This document shows positions 1 through 13,213 of a stretch of DNA of 64,000 nucleotides, piece after piece. Under the pieces are notes generated by a model. It did no database searches, had not been told where the DNA came from, and saw nothing but the letters and a program-made list of their open reading frames with translations. This stretch comes from Felis catus (Eukaryota): the NCBI RefSeq assembly GCF_018350175.1, contig NC_058368.1:50407815-50471814 (forward strand), given 5' to 3'. Every line of letters begins with the position of its first letter. Position 1 is the stretch's first letter. A program made the translations under genes and the position numbers.

Positions 1-1150
1 CCGCTTACACATTTTTGTCTGTTTAATGGGTGAAGAATGGTGCCTTAATTTACATGGATCAGATTACTAGTGAACTGAGAATCTTTTCCTGTATTAATTG
101 GCCATCTAGGTCTCTTATTCTGTGAATTTGTATTTGCTCCCCATATGTTGTCTTCTTACCAACGTGCAGGCATTATTTATCAATTTTAGGTATGACTCCT
201 TTTCAGACATAAACATTAATTTTGTATTTTCCCAATCTATGGCTAGTGTTTTTCCTTTTTTTATAGCATTGAGCAAAAGTTTTAAAGTTTAATGGAATCA
301 AATTGAACTTCCTATTCTCTCTGTGTTTTGTAATTTTAGTATCTGGCTTAGGAAATCCTTCCTTACTATTGTCTTTATAAGGATGTTCTTCTATATTTTC
401 TTCTAAAAGTGCTTTAAGCATTAAGGTTTTTTTTTTATAGCCTGGAATTAACTTCTGTGTAGACTATGACTTAGGAATCCATACTTTTCTATACAGACAA
501 CTAATTAGTAATTATTATTGATGAATCCACATTTCTCTCAATGTGTATAGCCATTTCTGACCTATTTCAGGTCTCTATATTTGAGTGGGTTGTTTTTGAG
601 CTCTCTAATTTATTACATTGGCCTGTTATCTGTCCCTGTGCTATTGGTACCCTACTGTCTTTATTATTATAATGTGATCATAACTTCTGATATGTTGAGT
701 ATAAAGTCTTCCCACTTGGTTCTTCAAATTTTCTTAGATGTTCTTTAGCCAGTGCTCTCCCACATGAACCTAGGGTGAATTATGTTAATTCTTTAGAAAA
801 ACAGTGTTGGGATCATCAGCTGTCTTTTGATTTCTACTTCATTCTTAGTCAGCATTGGCAATTTATTTTTAGTAAATCCTTCACTGTATAATGACAATTT
901 TAAAACATTGTTTTTTTGTAATGTTTTATCTTCCATTATAAGATCATAGAGTTTGTTTTTGTTCTTGATTGATTTGCCTATAGTTTCAGCATTTTATTAA
1001 ATTTTCAAAGGACTAGCACTTAGTTTTTAATTCCACTGTGTGTATTTCTGCTGTAGTTTTTAGAAATTCTTTCCCCTGGTTTCCATTAAGATTGATTCGT
1101 TGTATCTTTATGAAATTTGAAGTTGAAAGCTGAGTTCATTGTATTCTTCT
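1..1150 (-). mobile_element. Old, highly diverged L1 (L1M-type) ORF2/3' fragment
   Basis: T-rich sequence resembling the L1 ORF2 antisense strand; no intact ORF; ends approximate. Confidence 0.6.
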
Positions 1151-1210
1151 ACTTCACCCCTCAACAATAAATACTTGTAATTCATATATACATATACACA
1201 CATACATATA

Positions 1211-1386
1211 TTTTTATTTTTATTTATTTTTTTTTGAGAGAGCACCACTAGGGAAGAGGCGGGGGAGAGAGAGGGAGAGAATCTTAAGTACCCCTGACCT
1301 GGGGCCCAATCTCACTACTGTAAGATCATTACCTGAGCCCAAATCAAGAGTCAGATGCTTGAACGACTGAGCCACCCAGGCACCCT
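1211..1386 (-). mobile_element. CAN-SINE
   Basis: Antisense head GACTGAGCCACCCAGGCACCC, GA tract, T-rich tail. Confidence 0.9.
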
Positions 1387-2106
1387 GTCTCAAGCCACTT
1401 TAATAAAAATAATCATTAAATATTAATACTGATATTCACTTAATTTGATTTTGGTTAGTAGTGCACATTGCAGAGAAGAAGCTGCATGAGTTGTGGGTAC
1501 CCAAGGAACTGGAATTTGAGTTACTAATATTATAAAGTAGTAAGATTGACTCCTGTGTATAGTTTGAAAAATTCTATAAAGATAATAGCAAGGGATCACA
1601 TTCAATTGTATTTGAACAGTGGTAGCATTTCTGGGATAATTTTCCAAGATGAGTCATTACAAATTACAGATTATTAGTTCTGTGAAAAAAATAGCAAGTT
1701 AAACCAAGAAAATGATTCCTGGGTATAGTTCCAGCACTTCCAATGTATAGAATAGCTCTCTGTTTAATAATTAGTTGTGTATCTATTCTTTCCAATTACA
1801 TAGTAAATAAAGTTGATGTTTCTATTTATGTACTTCATGTATTTTCCCAGTGTCAGAGTACATCTTGAAAAATAATTTTTTTATTAGAGGATACAATTTT
1901 TTTTTATTAGATACTGGACAGCAGGAGAAAGGCAGGCATGTTCATGTAGGTAACTACTTAATATCTTAACTATAAGATTAAGTGGGTCTGGTGTTATGAG
2001 AATTTATCCATATGTCTAAAGGAAAGGGAAAGAGAGCTCCAAATTCCTGAAATGAAAAATCATTGACATGCTCACTGATGTTCACATAAAAATGGATATT
2101 TTTCTT

Positions 2107-2136
2107 TAAAAAAAAATGTTTATAGGGAGGGAGGGG

Positions 2137-2222
<86 letters not shown>

Positions 2223-2383
2223 CATGGGGGAGGGGCAGAAAGAGAGGGAGAAAGGGAATCCCAAGCAGGCTCTATGCTGTGAGCACAGAGTCAGATGCGG
2301 AGCTTGAACTCATGAACTGAGATCATAATCTGAGCTGAAATCAAGAGTCAGACCCTTAACCGACTGAGCCACCAACGTGCCCC
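2107..2383 (-). mobile_element. CAN-SINE with expanded (GA)n
   Basis: Perfect 17-bp TSD AAATGGATATTTTTCTT at 2090-2106 and 2384-2400. Confidence 0.95.
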
Positions 2384-2408
2384 AAATGGATATTTTTCTT
2401 AATAATTA

Positions 2409-2830
2409 TGGAAAGAGCCTAAATGTCCATCAACTGACAAATGGATAAAGAAGATGTGGTTTATATATACAATGGAATACTACTTGGCAATGAGGAAGAA
2501 TGAAATCTGACCATTTGCAGCAATGTGGATGGAACTGGAAGGTATTATGCTAAGTTAAATAAGTCAGTCAGAGAAAGACATACCATATGTTTTCACTCAT
2601 AGGTGGATCTTGAGAAACTTAACAGAGGACCATAGGGGAGGGGTAGGGGAAAAAAAAGTTACAGAGAGGGTGGGAGGCAAACCACAAGAGACTCTTGGAT
2701 ACTAAGAATAAACTGAGGGTTGATGGGAGGTGGAGGAGAAGGGAAAGTGGGCGATGGGCATTGAGGAGGGCACCTGTTGGGATGAGTACTGGGTGTTGTA
2801 TGGAAACCAATTTGTCAAATTATTAAAAAT
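2409..2830 (+). mobile_element. 5'-truncated carnivore/felid L1 3' end
   Basis: ORF2 C-terminal motifs (WKEPKCPSTDKWIKKMW) followed by a felid-like 3' UTR. Confidence 0.85.
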
Positions 2831-3150
2831 AATTTGAAAATTATTTTAATGGGTATCAAAATATCATTTCTAACCATAAAGGACTCTAAAGTAATCATAT
2901 ATTTATTTAATATTTGTTGGGAACTTACATGGACCAAATGCTAATGGAGAGATGCAAAGATGAAAAAGACATGATCCATGCCTTCAAAGTGTTCACAAAG
3001 AGTGACAGAAACAAGCACATCAAAAGCACACAGAAAGAAGCATATCTTTATCAAAATATGGCATAAATTCAATAATACACAACCCATGTACGGTGGAAAC
3101 ATGAACGTAACGTCTATAATAATTATAATAATACCAGAATAGGTATTATT

Positions 3151-3348
3151 CTGAGCCTGGGTGGTTCAGTTGGTTAAGTGTCTGACTCTTGGTTTCAGCA
3201 CAGGTCATGATCTCGCAGTTTCTGAGATTGAGCCCTGCATCTGGCTCTGCACTGACAGTGTGGAGCCTGCTTGGGATTCTCTATCTCTCTCTGCTCCTAT
3301 CGCACTGTGCACACGTTCTCTTAAAATAAATAAATAAACATTAAAAAA
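3151..3348 (+). mobile_element. CAN-SINE
   Basis: GCCTGGGTGGTTCAGTTGGTTAAG head, CT tract, AATAAA tail; TSD-like AAT(A/G)CCAGAATA. Confidence 0.9.
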
Positions 3349-3730
3349 TGCCAGAATAACTTTAACTGTTACTTATGAATTATAATTGTATTGCATCATA
3401 AAGTTCATATATGCATGCTTTTTCCCCAGAAAGACCAATCCAGTGAAAATTTTAGAGATCGTTTTTCTTCCAGTAATGCACTGTCCACATGCATTATAAC
3501 TAGGTTCATAAAATTATTGAGTTTGCTGTAGAACTATATAATGGATTATTATGTAAAATATTTAGAAATAGAAAGATGTTTTTGTAATATATTTTGACAA
3601 TTTGGATGTGTGAGGAATTCTAGAGTTAGCTAAATAACTGCTTACTAAGATAGACCCTTTCATGTAGTTTAAGATTCTGCAGTTATCTATGGTGGTTTAT
3701 TTCACATCTTACCATTTATTCATTACCTGT

Positions 3731-3744
3731 GTTGCCTTGGATAC
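3731..3744. promoter_or_regulatory. Candidate RFX X-box
   Basis: GTTGCCTTGGATAC, imperfect 14-bp X-box palindrome. Confidence 0.3.
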
Positions 3745-4594
3745 CATATCAGTCCTAAAGCCTTTATAATAAGCTGAAAAGTGTTTCACTTTAGGATTGT
3801 CATTTTGCAGAAGGTTTCCCACTTCCCCTAAATTCATTCTTTAGTTTGAAATAAAACACAATGAGTCATAGACTATTTGCAAAGGAACCCTAGGATTTCC
3901 TGGCTTTTAGTGATTGTAATAGTTGCCTAGAATCTGTAATCAGTGGGATTAAATCACACTTTTGGTCTTTGTGGTGTTAGACCATAAATGCTTTCCACTT
4001 TGTTGAAACATTTATGACCTGTTTTCATTTTCTAATATTTTTCCCCACGATGTACAATTTGAGATGTTTTAGTATAATTTTAAGTATCCATATTGAATTC
4101 TGTTAATTTTTTTCTGAAAATTTTAAGAAACTGTTAGTACCAAATTACGAGGCCCTTTGCTATTTCCTTATATGAAATTTAGCTGTCATAAAAATTAACA
4201 AAATTCTGATTTTGTATATAAAAGAAAGTGACTTGTAATATGTCATACTTCCAGTGTTCATCTTTCATCAGAAAACATCTCATATTCTAGTGTAAAATAC
4301 TGTCACAGTTTGGCAGGTAATTACATATATATGTGTGTATATATAGGCATATTTTTTGATTAGGAATTTAATTCTCAGGATACCCACGTAACACAGTATT
4401 AAAGGGAATAGGAACCTTCTTAGAAAACAATCACATATGACTTCTTTTTCCCATCCTAAAGGATTTTGAATGTTTGCTTCTTAAACGTTTAGTGAAGAAA
4501 AGAGACATATAAATATTCCTTCAGTTAACTCTATCAAAGGCAGTAATGAGAAGTAATTATTGGATCATGAAATACTGATGTTTTAAAAAATTAT

Positions 4595-4843
4595 TTTTTT
4601 TAATTTCTTTTTTTAATGTTTGTTTATTTTTGAGAGAGGGGGAGAGAGAGACAGAGAGAGTGTATGAGCGGGGCGGGGGGGGGGGGGGTGGGCAGAGAGC
4701 GAGGGAGACACAGAATTCAAAGCAGGCTCCAGGCTCTGAGCTGTCAGCACAGAGCCCCACACGGGACTCGCAACTCCTGAACTGCGAGATCATGACCTGA
4801 GCTGAAGTCGGATGCTCAACCTAGTGAGCCACCCAGGCACCCC
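4595..4843 (-). mobile_element. CAN-SINE (felid type)
   Basis: GCAGGCTCCAGGCTCTGAGCTGTCAGCACAGAGCCC core and antisense head. Confidence 0.95.
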
Positions 4844-4944
4844 TGAAAAAATTCTTTAAGGAACAAAGTCCTTGGGCCATTTGAGAAGTAGCAATAACAG
4901 CATGACCTCTGACATTTTCTACTGAGACTTTCAAATCCTAGTTC

Positions 4945-5134
4945 TTTTTTATTTTTTATTTATTTTGAGCATAGGGAGAAGCAGAGAGGGAGAGAGGGAG
5001 AGAGAAAATCCCAAGCAGGCTCCATGCTGTCCACATAGAACCCAATAAGGTGCTTGATCTCCCGACCCTGAGATCATGACCTGAGCTGAAATTAAGAGTC
5101 AGATGCTTAACCGACTGAGCCACCTAGGTGCCCC
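4945..5134 (-). mobile_element. CAN-SINE
   Basis: Antisense head; TSD-like TCAAATCCT(A)GTT on both sides. Confidence 0.9.
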
Positions 5135-5157
5135 TCAAATCCTGTTTTTTTGTGACG

Positions 5158-5315
5158 TTACTACTAGTGTGATTCGAGGACCAGCAGCAGCAGCCTAATG
5201 GGAGCTTCTAAGGAATGTAAAATCTCAGGCCACACCCCAGACCTACTGGATTAGTCTACACTTTAACAATGTTTCTGGGTGTTCTGCAAGCAAGCACATT
5301 TAAGTTGGAAAAGGA
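5158..5315. mobile_element. MER5-like hAT-Charlie relic
   Basis: ATCTCAGGCCACACCCCAGACCTACTG resembles the MER5A core. Confidence 0.6.
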
Positions 5316-5489
5316 TTCTTTAGTTGGTAGTCTTAAGTAGGGCATCGTCCCTGAAAGAGAAAATAAAATAAACAAAGGCTGGTCTCTTATTATTACATCT
5401 AAATACGTTTTTCATTATTTCTTTATATTGTTTTACATAAAAAACAGTGTTTTTTAAGGTCTGAGAAAATAAAACCAAGGCATTGTAGG

Positions 5490-5677
5490 TAGCTGCTTTA
5501 GATTCTTGGTCTCAATTCCAGAATTTGGGTCATCTGGGTATTGATATCTCTTGATTGTCTTTTTCTTGGAGAACTGGTCATGTTTTCCTGGATCTTTGTA
5601 CATTTAGTAAATTTGGATTGCATCCTGAACAGTTGAAAATTATGCTGTGACTCTGGCTTCTGCTAAATTCCTCTGTG

Positions 5678-5716
<39 letters not shown>

Positions 5717-7827
5717 GTGTCTTATTAAGCAATCAACTTAGTTTCAGAACACATTTTGTCAAGCTTTCCATGGGCAATATTTCCAATATGAATTTAGTTC
5801 TTACAGTCTTTGCTCTGCTGTTCGGGTCTGTCCTGCAATTCAGGGTATGAGCATTGGTTTATATTATAAATTAGTTTTCAGAGACTTTGGTCTACTGCTT
5901 TGTATCTGGTCAATGAGCTAGGACCTGTGCCAGTTTTTAGACCTAGGCAATCCTCTTCACCAGCTCTTTCCTCCCTAGAATTTTCTCTGTGCTCTCCAGT
6001 TCCAAGGGACACAATTTTACCATCCTATGGCTACAAAACTGAAGTTTCACTCAGAATTTTAGTTTCCGGCACTTTCCCGCAGTTTTGTATGACTTTACTT
6101 TTGGGAGAAAATGACAAGAAAAAGAAAAGTAGGAGGAACTTCCCCCATGCTCTGTGGAACACAGGGACGCTTGGTTTTTCTGGCCAGAGTGATGTTTTTG
6201 TCCTTGGGGTTTTTAGGTGTCTGTTGCTATAGTAACAGTGCAGCTTTGTGAGTGGGGCAGGCTTCAGGCAGTGCTAAAGGGAAAGAATAAATAAAACAAA
6301 CAAAGAAAAAACATGTGGGGGGATTGCCCCTACGCTCCCTGAGTCACAGAGGTTCTCTTTCTCAAAGGGGAATTTCTTTCAGAATTTTCACAGTCTTTAC
6401 CTGTTGTACGTTTTTTTCCCTCCAACAGATAAAGGAGGAAGAGAGAGGCAATCTGTGAACTCACTGCATACTAGTGGTTGTTCTTCAAGTTTTGACTTAT
6501 CTTTCAAATTGTACTGCTATTGTTTGCTTTTCCAATCCTCCATGTAGTTCCTTTTTCTATACTGTCCAGATCTTTTAGTTGAATGGTTGGAAGAGATTAG
6601 ATTTAGCAGACTTACTCCATCTTGACTGAAACCAAAAATCCATGGGAAATGCTGAAATTCCTGACTAATTCCCTTCAGATAAATCTTTGTAGTTAATTAT
6701 TCTAGTGTTTTCAGGCTTCAGAAATTTTTGTCAAGATGTCATCTGTAAGACTTTTTTATTGTTCTTTTGAATGAAATGTGTCTTTTTTTTCATTGGCTAC
6801 TATTAAGATTTTTGTCTTTGAATTTTTTTCCCACCAGTTCAATTATGATATTGCATTATGTATTTTTCTTTGCTACCACTCTGTATTTCATAGTATTTCT
6901 CACATCTGTGTCCCTTTGTCTTTATTTTTGGAAAATCCTCAGAAATGGACTCTTCAAATATGGCTTCTGGTCTGTACTCTCTCTCCACTCTTCTTTCTGG
7001 ATATCCGCTTCACATATGTTAGACCTACTTACCTTATCCCATATGTCTTTTAAGCTCTTTTCCTTCTATTTTTGTATTTGCACTTTCTTTGAATTTCAGA
7101 AGGGTGTTTTTTTTTTTTTTTTAATGACTTATCTTCCAGCTCACCACCAATCTTCTCTTCAGCTGTGTTTAATCAGCTGGGAAATTCACCTATTGAGTAC
7201 TTATTTTCAGCTGGTTATTTTTATGTTCAAGAATTTTCACTTGATTGTTTTAAGAATTACAGTTCTTTGGTAAAATTTTCTATGTTCTCATTTACTTTAT
7301 TGCATATATTTATTGCATTTAAATGCAATAACTCTCATAACTGAAAAACTTCTTAGACCCTTTCTATAAACCCTTTTTCCTCCTCTTCCAGTATTCTGGA
7401 TATTCTTGGTATTCTGGTAATTTTTTTTATTAAATACCAGTCAAATGTGTAAAAATTGTCCAGGTTTTGGATGATGCTATCTATTTCTGTAGGTCATTTC
7501 CTTTAGATTTTAGTAGAGGAGAGGATCACCATACTCACTTGGATTGAATTAATTCAACTTGACTTTCAGTATTTGTGAGGCTTGGTATATTTATGATTTA
7601 TAAATAAGGTACTGTTCTTTATGAGTTCCAACTTAAAGCTGGAGTATTTACTGAGGCTATTCTACCTTATTAGGCTCTACCAGTATATTTTTCCCCCAAT
7701 CTTTGACATTGCTGATAGCTCAGTTTCTGCTGTTGAAATAAGGAGAAAAATAATGCGGGTTATTATTATGTCAATGAGTTTCTCTTTTCATCAGGAGGCT
7801 ATCCTGCCTGATTTTATTCGTGTGTGT

Positions 7828-7862
<35 letters not shown>

Positions 7863-7900
7863 GATTGTTCTATCATAAATTGGTCTATCTCTGCCAGAAA
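5490..7900 (-). mobile_element. Old L1M 5'/ORF1-region relic containing (TG)n tracts
   Basis: T-rich antisense-ORF1-like sequence; (TG)n at about 5681-5714 and 7820-7859; explains the F/L/S-rich spurious ORFs. Confidence 0.55.
6223..6236. promoter_or_regulatory. Candidate RFX X-box
   Basis: GTTGCTATAGTAAC, near-perfect palindrome. Confidence 0.3.
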
Positions 7901-8749
7901 TAGAAATTCTATAAAGGATTTTATTTTGATAATTTTGTATTATGTCTTGCTCTATAATAAACACATTAGTGTGGACATGTGTATTTGGATAGATGTATAA
8001 TTGTCTATGGATATGTGCATGTTTGTGTTATTGATATATTTTATGTTCTAATGCCAAAATGGGTTATATTCTTTTCAACTTTTTATATATACTTTACTCT
8101 CTGTGAATTTAATAAACCATTCATCAGAGAAACACTTGTCCCTTAAGGAGCTCTTGCTTAGTATCCTCAAAATCGCATTCTTCCACATGAGCTTGGCAAT
8201 AGGCATAAAGGCACAAAAGTTTCAGGACCCATCGGAGCAATGTTATGAGATTGTCCACATGAGATTACTCATCAGAATTACTTTCATTTACCCTAATTAC
8301 TATACCCAATATTTATTTTCTTTAATGATTCTAGTACTTTTATAGATCCTGATTCTTTCTTAGACATTTCCTTTGTCATTTTTGTGATTGGTCTGTAATC
8401 AATATCAGCTTGTTTCTATACCATTTGATATTTTTCCTCAGCCAAAATATGTTGACTGAAAAAGATATGTTGGGCCATCCAGTATGCACCTCTCAGTCCT
8501 GCATTGTATTGGCAGAGGTGGTGAATGTTCTGATACTCAATTTTATTTGTGATGACCTTCTTTGTAATTCAACCAATCACAGAATTCATGGGCAACCAAA
8601 GTCAGACACAGATTGTGCCCAGGAAAATACCACACCTGTGGCCATCATTGCAGCTAGTCAGATATTTTTAAATTAAGAGTTTAAATTATTTTTCCTTTAA
8701 ATATTTTGTTGTCAGGAGAGATGGGCAGTAGAGTCTCACCTATGTTTTA

Positions 8750-9077
8750 TTTTTCCAAACTTTATTGAAGTGTGGAAAATAAAAATTGTATATATTTAGA
8801 TTGCATGATGTGATTTTTTAAAGGTGTACAATGTGATTATTTAATACATACATATATATATATACATATATGTATGTATATATAGTAAAATTGTTACCAC
8901 AATCAAGTTAATTAATTAACACAATGATCACTTCACATAATTACCTTTTTTTGTGGTGAGATCACTTAAGATCTACTGTCTTAATCCCTATCACAGTTCC
9001 AAAGGCATTTTTCACAGAAATAGAAGAAACAATCCTGAAGGTCTTGCGGAATCTGAAAAGACCTCAAATAGCCAAAA
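8750..9077 (-). mobile_element. Short L1 insertion with 5' inversion
   Basis: Minus-strand 3' end (8750 to about 8983) fused to a plus-strand ORF2 piece (IPITVPKAFFTEIEETILK...KRPQIAK); 18-bp TSD, 16/18 identical, at 8732-8749 and 9078-9095. Confidence 0.85.
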
Positions 9078-10439
9078 AGTTTCACCTGTGTTTTAGAATG
9101 AAGCAATGGTGATGATGTATAATTAGACATGTTATAATTTAAGCAAATTCTTCCAAGTTTCTGTTGATATTGGATAAAATTAAGTTGAAGAAATGAATAT
9201 AATGTTGGTATAGTTTTTGAATATTATGCATCATACACTGAAGAAATGCATTCAGTATTTTGAATGTATGCCAAATATGTAAATGAGTAACCACTAAACT
9301 TATCTGAATATATTTGTCAGAGTCATATTTTTTTTTATAAGAGTAGCCTTTATGGTTATTTTCTCCAATGGTTATTTTTGATTCTGTGTCTCCTACTCAC
9401 AGCTGTGCCATTATCAATTGGAATCCGTACATAAACTTAGTGTATATCCATGCTTGTGATGACAGAGTAAATCTGTCATCCAAGTTTATGTTGTTAGGCA
9501 AATGTCATTGTCTTACTGTTGAGAATGACACATAATGGATCTATGAGCTTTATTCCTTTTGAAGGTCACCGTTTGGAGAAAATATGTTTAGTGACATTTA
9601 TCGAGGCAACAAAAACTTCAAAGTGATGCACAGTCTTTGTGTCAGCTAGACTGGTATGGAGGTTAATGAATCACTGGACAGAGGAAGAAAGGCTTTGGTA
9701 GAAGAAGGGTATCCTGGGAAAACAATGGGAGAAATTTTGGAGAATGGAATTATATATTGATGATTGGTCCTCTGGCAAGACCATGGTCTTGATGATGGTC
9801 CTCCTTCATTAAGTTGGATCTAAGCCCTGGGGAGAGAGAGAGACCATGCGTAGATGCTGAAAGAGTGGTTGGTATACATAATCCTTGTGAAAATTGGAGG
9901 TGCAAGGTGGCACTTTGTGACAAACGGTGAAACCTAAGGTGGTGTGGCTGGAAGAGATTTGTAGAATGAATTCTCAAATCAGTAGTCAACTTCAATGTCA
10001 TGAGATACAGTCACCCACATTAAAAGGGGGCAATCAAGGTGGAAAATAGTACAATAGTGAAGACTGCCTTTACCTAACCTCAAGGACAATATCTAGAAAA
10101 TTAACCTGGAGCAAAAAATGAGGCAAAATAGTAGACCACCTGTGACTTCCTAGAACCATAGACTTGACCTCATTTCTTTGTAGATTGTTACTAGTAGATA
10201 TGTTTCAACTGCAGGGGTAAAACTATACTTGAATTAATTCTAGGAAAAGTAGGGATATTATTGTTTCACACAGATGCAGAAAGGCAGGTGTGTTTGGCTT
10301 CAAGGGAGCTCTGAATGACCTCTGTATCCAGTAACTGAAAAAGTTGCTTTTTTCAACCCCTCTCTACCCTCTCCATTCTTATCTCTACCTTCATGTATTT
10401 CCTTATATTTTTGAAAAATAATATGTTAATGTTTTAAAA

Positions 10440-10654
10440 TTTTTTGTATATGTTTATTTATATTTGAGAGAGAGAAAGACAGAACGTGAATGGGGGTGGG
10501 CCAGAGGGAGAGAGGGAGACGCAGAATCTAAAGCTGGCTCCAGGGTCTGGGGTTGTCAGCACATAGCCTGATGCAGGGCTTGAACTCATAAACTGTGAGA
10601 TCATGACCTGAGCTGAAGTCAGGCGCTTAATCAACTGAACCACCCAGCCATCCC
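10440..10654 (-). mobile_element. CAN-SINE
   Basis: SINE core; TSD TGTTAATGTTTT. Confidence 0.9.
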
Positions 10655-11146
10655 TGTTAATGTTTTTTAAATAAAATAATACATATATGTCTTTCAGCAG
10701 TTTCACTTTTAGGAAGCTATTTTATAGAAATAAATGAATGGACAATAAAGAACACACACATGTTTATGCATATAATGTGAATGCATTAAAAAATGTGTGT
10801 GCATATGTACTTACATACGCCTAAAAAAATGTCCTAGAAGGTTATATACGTGAAACTATTAATGGCAGCTACACTGGTAAAGCAGTGGCTTGGTGTGGGC
10901 AGGAAGAGAGGAACGTTCCTTTTTTATGTTTTATAGTTCTGCTTTGCTTAATTGTATTACAACAAAATAAATTTTCTACTCTATGGTGCAATTTTAAATT
11001 GTAAAAAAGAGAAAACATAATGAAAGTGATTTAAGAAGGGAGTACCATTTATAATTCAAAAATTGCATTCCATGAACATTTCCAGGTCAAGTTTTTATCA
11101 AACATATACTGTAAAAACTGTAGATGAGTACCAAATAGCTTTACTG

Positions 11147-11160
11147 GTTGTCATGGCGAC
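11147..11160. promoter_or_regulatory. Candidate RFX X-box
   Basis: GTTGTCATGGCGAC in non-repeat sequence; TGTTTGT forkhead-like site at 11229-11235. Confidence 0.45.
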
Positions 11161-11429
11161 ATTATCTAATTTGTTTCATATTCTCTGTTCAACTAATCAC
11201 TGATGCTACATGAGACTTGCCTGTAGCTTGTTTGTTTGGGCTTTGGGAAGTGATTGAAAGACAAATTCTTGGAGGGCTAAATGCATACAGAAATAAGATA
11301 GAATTCCTGCTCTCCCATCATTTTTCTTCTTCCTTTTAGTCATTGTTAAGAAGGATTAACTTGGTCTATGATGATAGAGACATCTGTGGCTTCCCAAAAG
11401 CCTACTTAACACGTTGTTTTAAAATGATA

Positions 11430-11740
11430 AGCATGAGTGGAAAGTACATGGCTCTAGGAATTAGGTGACCTCATTTTAGTCCTGATTCTTACACTTATAA
11501 AGTGTGTATCATTTTATCATTCACCTAGAACTCTACAGTTTACAAACTGCTTTAAAATAAACTGTTCTATTTAATCCTCATAACAACTCTGTGAGATGCA
11601 TGGTACTGTCACCCCCTTTTAAAGATAAGTGATCTCATTCTAGAAAGGTTAAATTACTAGCCTAGGGTGAAAATTGTTTATAATTGAAATTGCAAGAGAA
11701 ATGACACAAACCTTGTTTTCTAGACCCCAAGCCCAAAGCT
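11430..11740. mobile_element. MIR fragments
   Basis: TTTAATCCTCATAACAACTCTGTGAG...AGGTTAAATTACT MIR core. Confidence 0.6.
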
Positions 11741-12997
11741 TGTTTTAGGATACCATTGCCTAGCAAGCCATGCCTTTTACAAACAACACTTAAAATAATA
11801 TACAATGGTAAAGAGTAATAGGGTGGATATGTAAGATATTGACATAGATAAAAATAAGATATAGACCAAAGTAGAATTCAAGACAAACATATCAAATGGG
11901 ACAGAGGATAGTAAGACATTTAAAGTGGAAGTCCTGTTTAAAAAAATAAATCAATTTATAAATACAGAAAAGTTCTTTATTGGAAATAGAAGGCTGCTTT
12001 CATAACTGGAGAATATCTAAAGTTATAGACTATTATTGTATGTAAAATGAGACACTGAAAACATTCTAATTAAACTCACATAGAAGAGGAGGGTTTCTGC
12101 TGTGGCTGCTGTCGCCTAAAATTATCCTGGAAGGTCCTGACCAGTGATATTTCAGCTCAACACTCAGTTGTCATTGTGTGCTCTGATAATCAGGAGAGCT
12201 TTTTCCAATACTAGTGCTTGGGTCCAAACACAGGAATCCTGATAAAATTGTTCTTACCAACTGGCACTGGTGAGCTACCAAGGTGTGGAATGAAGAGGAA
12301 ACCAGACAGATGAACACTGTGGAACTTTTTTCTCACCTTTTTTGTGGGGGAAGATACTGGCTTAATATAAGATAAAATCTTAGTCACAATTTTATGGAAA
12401 CATCTTTCGTTTGTGGGATTTTTATCAATTTTTAAACATTTGAGGCAATATCATCACATTTTATTCTTACTACACTCTAAATAGGTTAATTATGCCCCAA
12501 TTTTACATACACTGGCACAGTATCCTCTTCTCCAAACTTAGTTAAAAATGGTTTTGCAACATTTTATGGATGTAAGTCTTAGCTGAGACGATGAAAAGCA
12601 TTCATTTGTAGCAATAATGCTACCATCTAGCGTTGGAGAACAGCAACCAAAAAACGGAAGATAAAAGCAAAAGAAAAAGTCAATAACTAGTTATAATTAG
12701 TTATGAAAAAATAGAAATTACTGGTTTCACAGATCTGAGGTACAGTTTCATTAGTTTCTTATTTTGCACATTTAAATTTAATATTACTGTTACTCATTGC
12801 CTAGAAACCACAGAGATATTGCCAAACATTAGATTCACAACAAATGGTGAGACTTCATGAAAAGACAGGGAAATACGGCTGCAGAACTAAGACTTGGAGA
12901 AAATGGAAAGCTACAAGTTAAACATGATCTCCCTGCAAGAGCGTAAAGTGACTGCAATAGAAAAAACATTTCAGAGTGGATATTAAAAAATCTTGCT

Positions 12998-13213
12998 GGG
13001 GCGCCTGGGTGGGTCAGTCAGTTAAGTGTCCGACTTCAGCATAGGTCATGATCTCACAGCTCTTCGGTTTGAGCCCTGCATCAGGCTCTGTGCTGACAGC
13101 TCAGTCAGAGCCTGGAGCCTGCTTCAGATTTGGTGTCTCCTTCTCTCTCTGCCCCTCTCCTGATCACATTCTGTCTGTCTCTCTCTCAAAAATAAACATT
13201 AAATTTTTTTTTT
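12998..13213 (+). mobile_element. CAN-SINE (felid type)
   Basis: GGGGCGCCTGGGTGG head; TSD-like AAATCTTGC. Confidence 0.95.

Noticed and set aside
9540..10130. Purine-rich coding-looking stretch
   Set aside because: Stops in the frames examined and no recognisable motif; probably an ancient repeat relic
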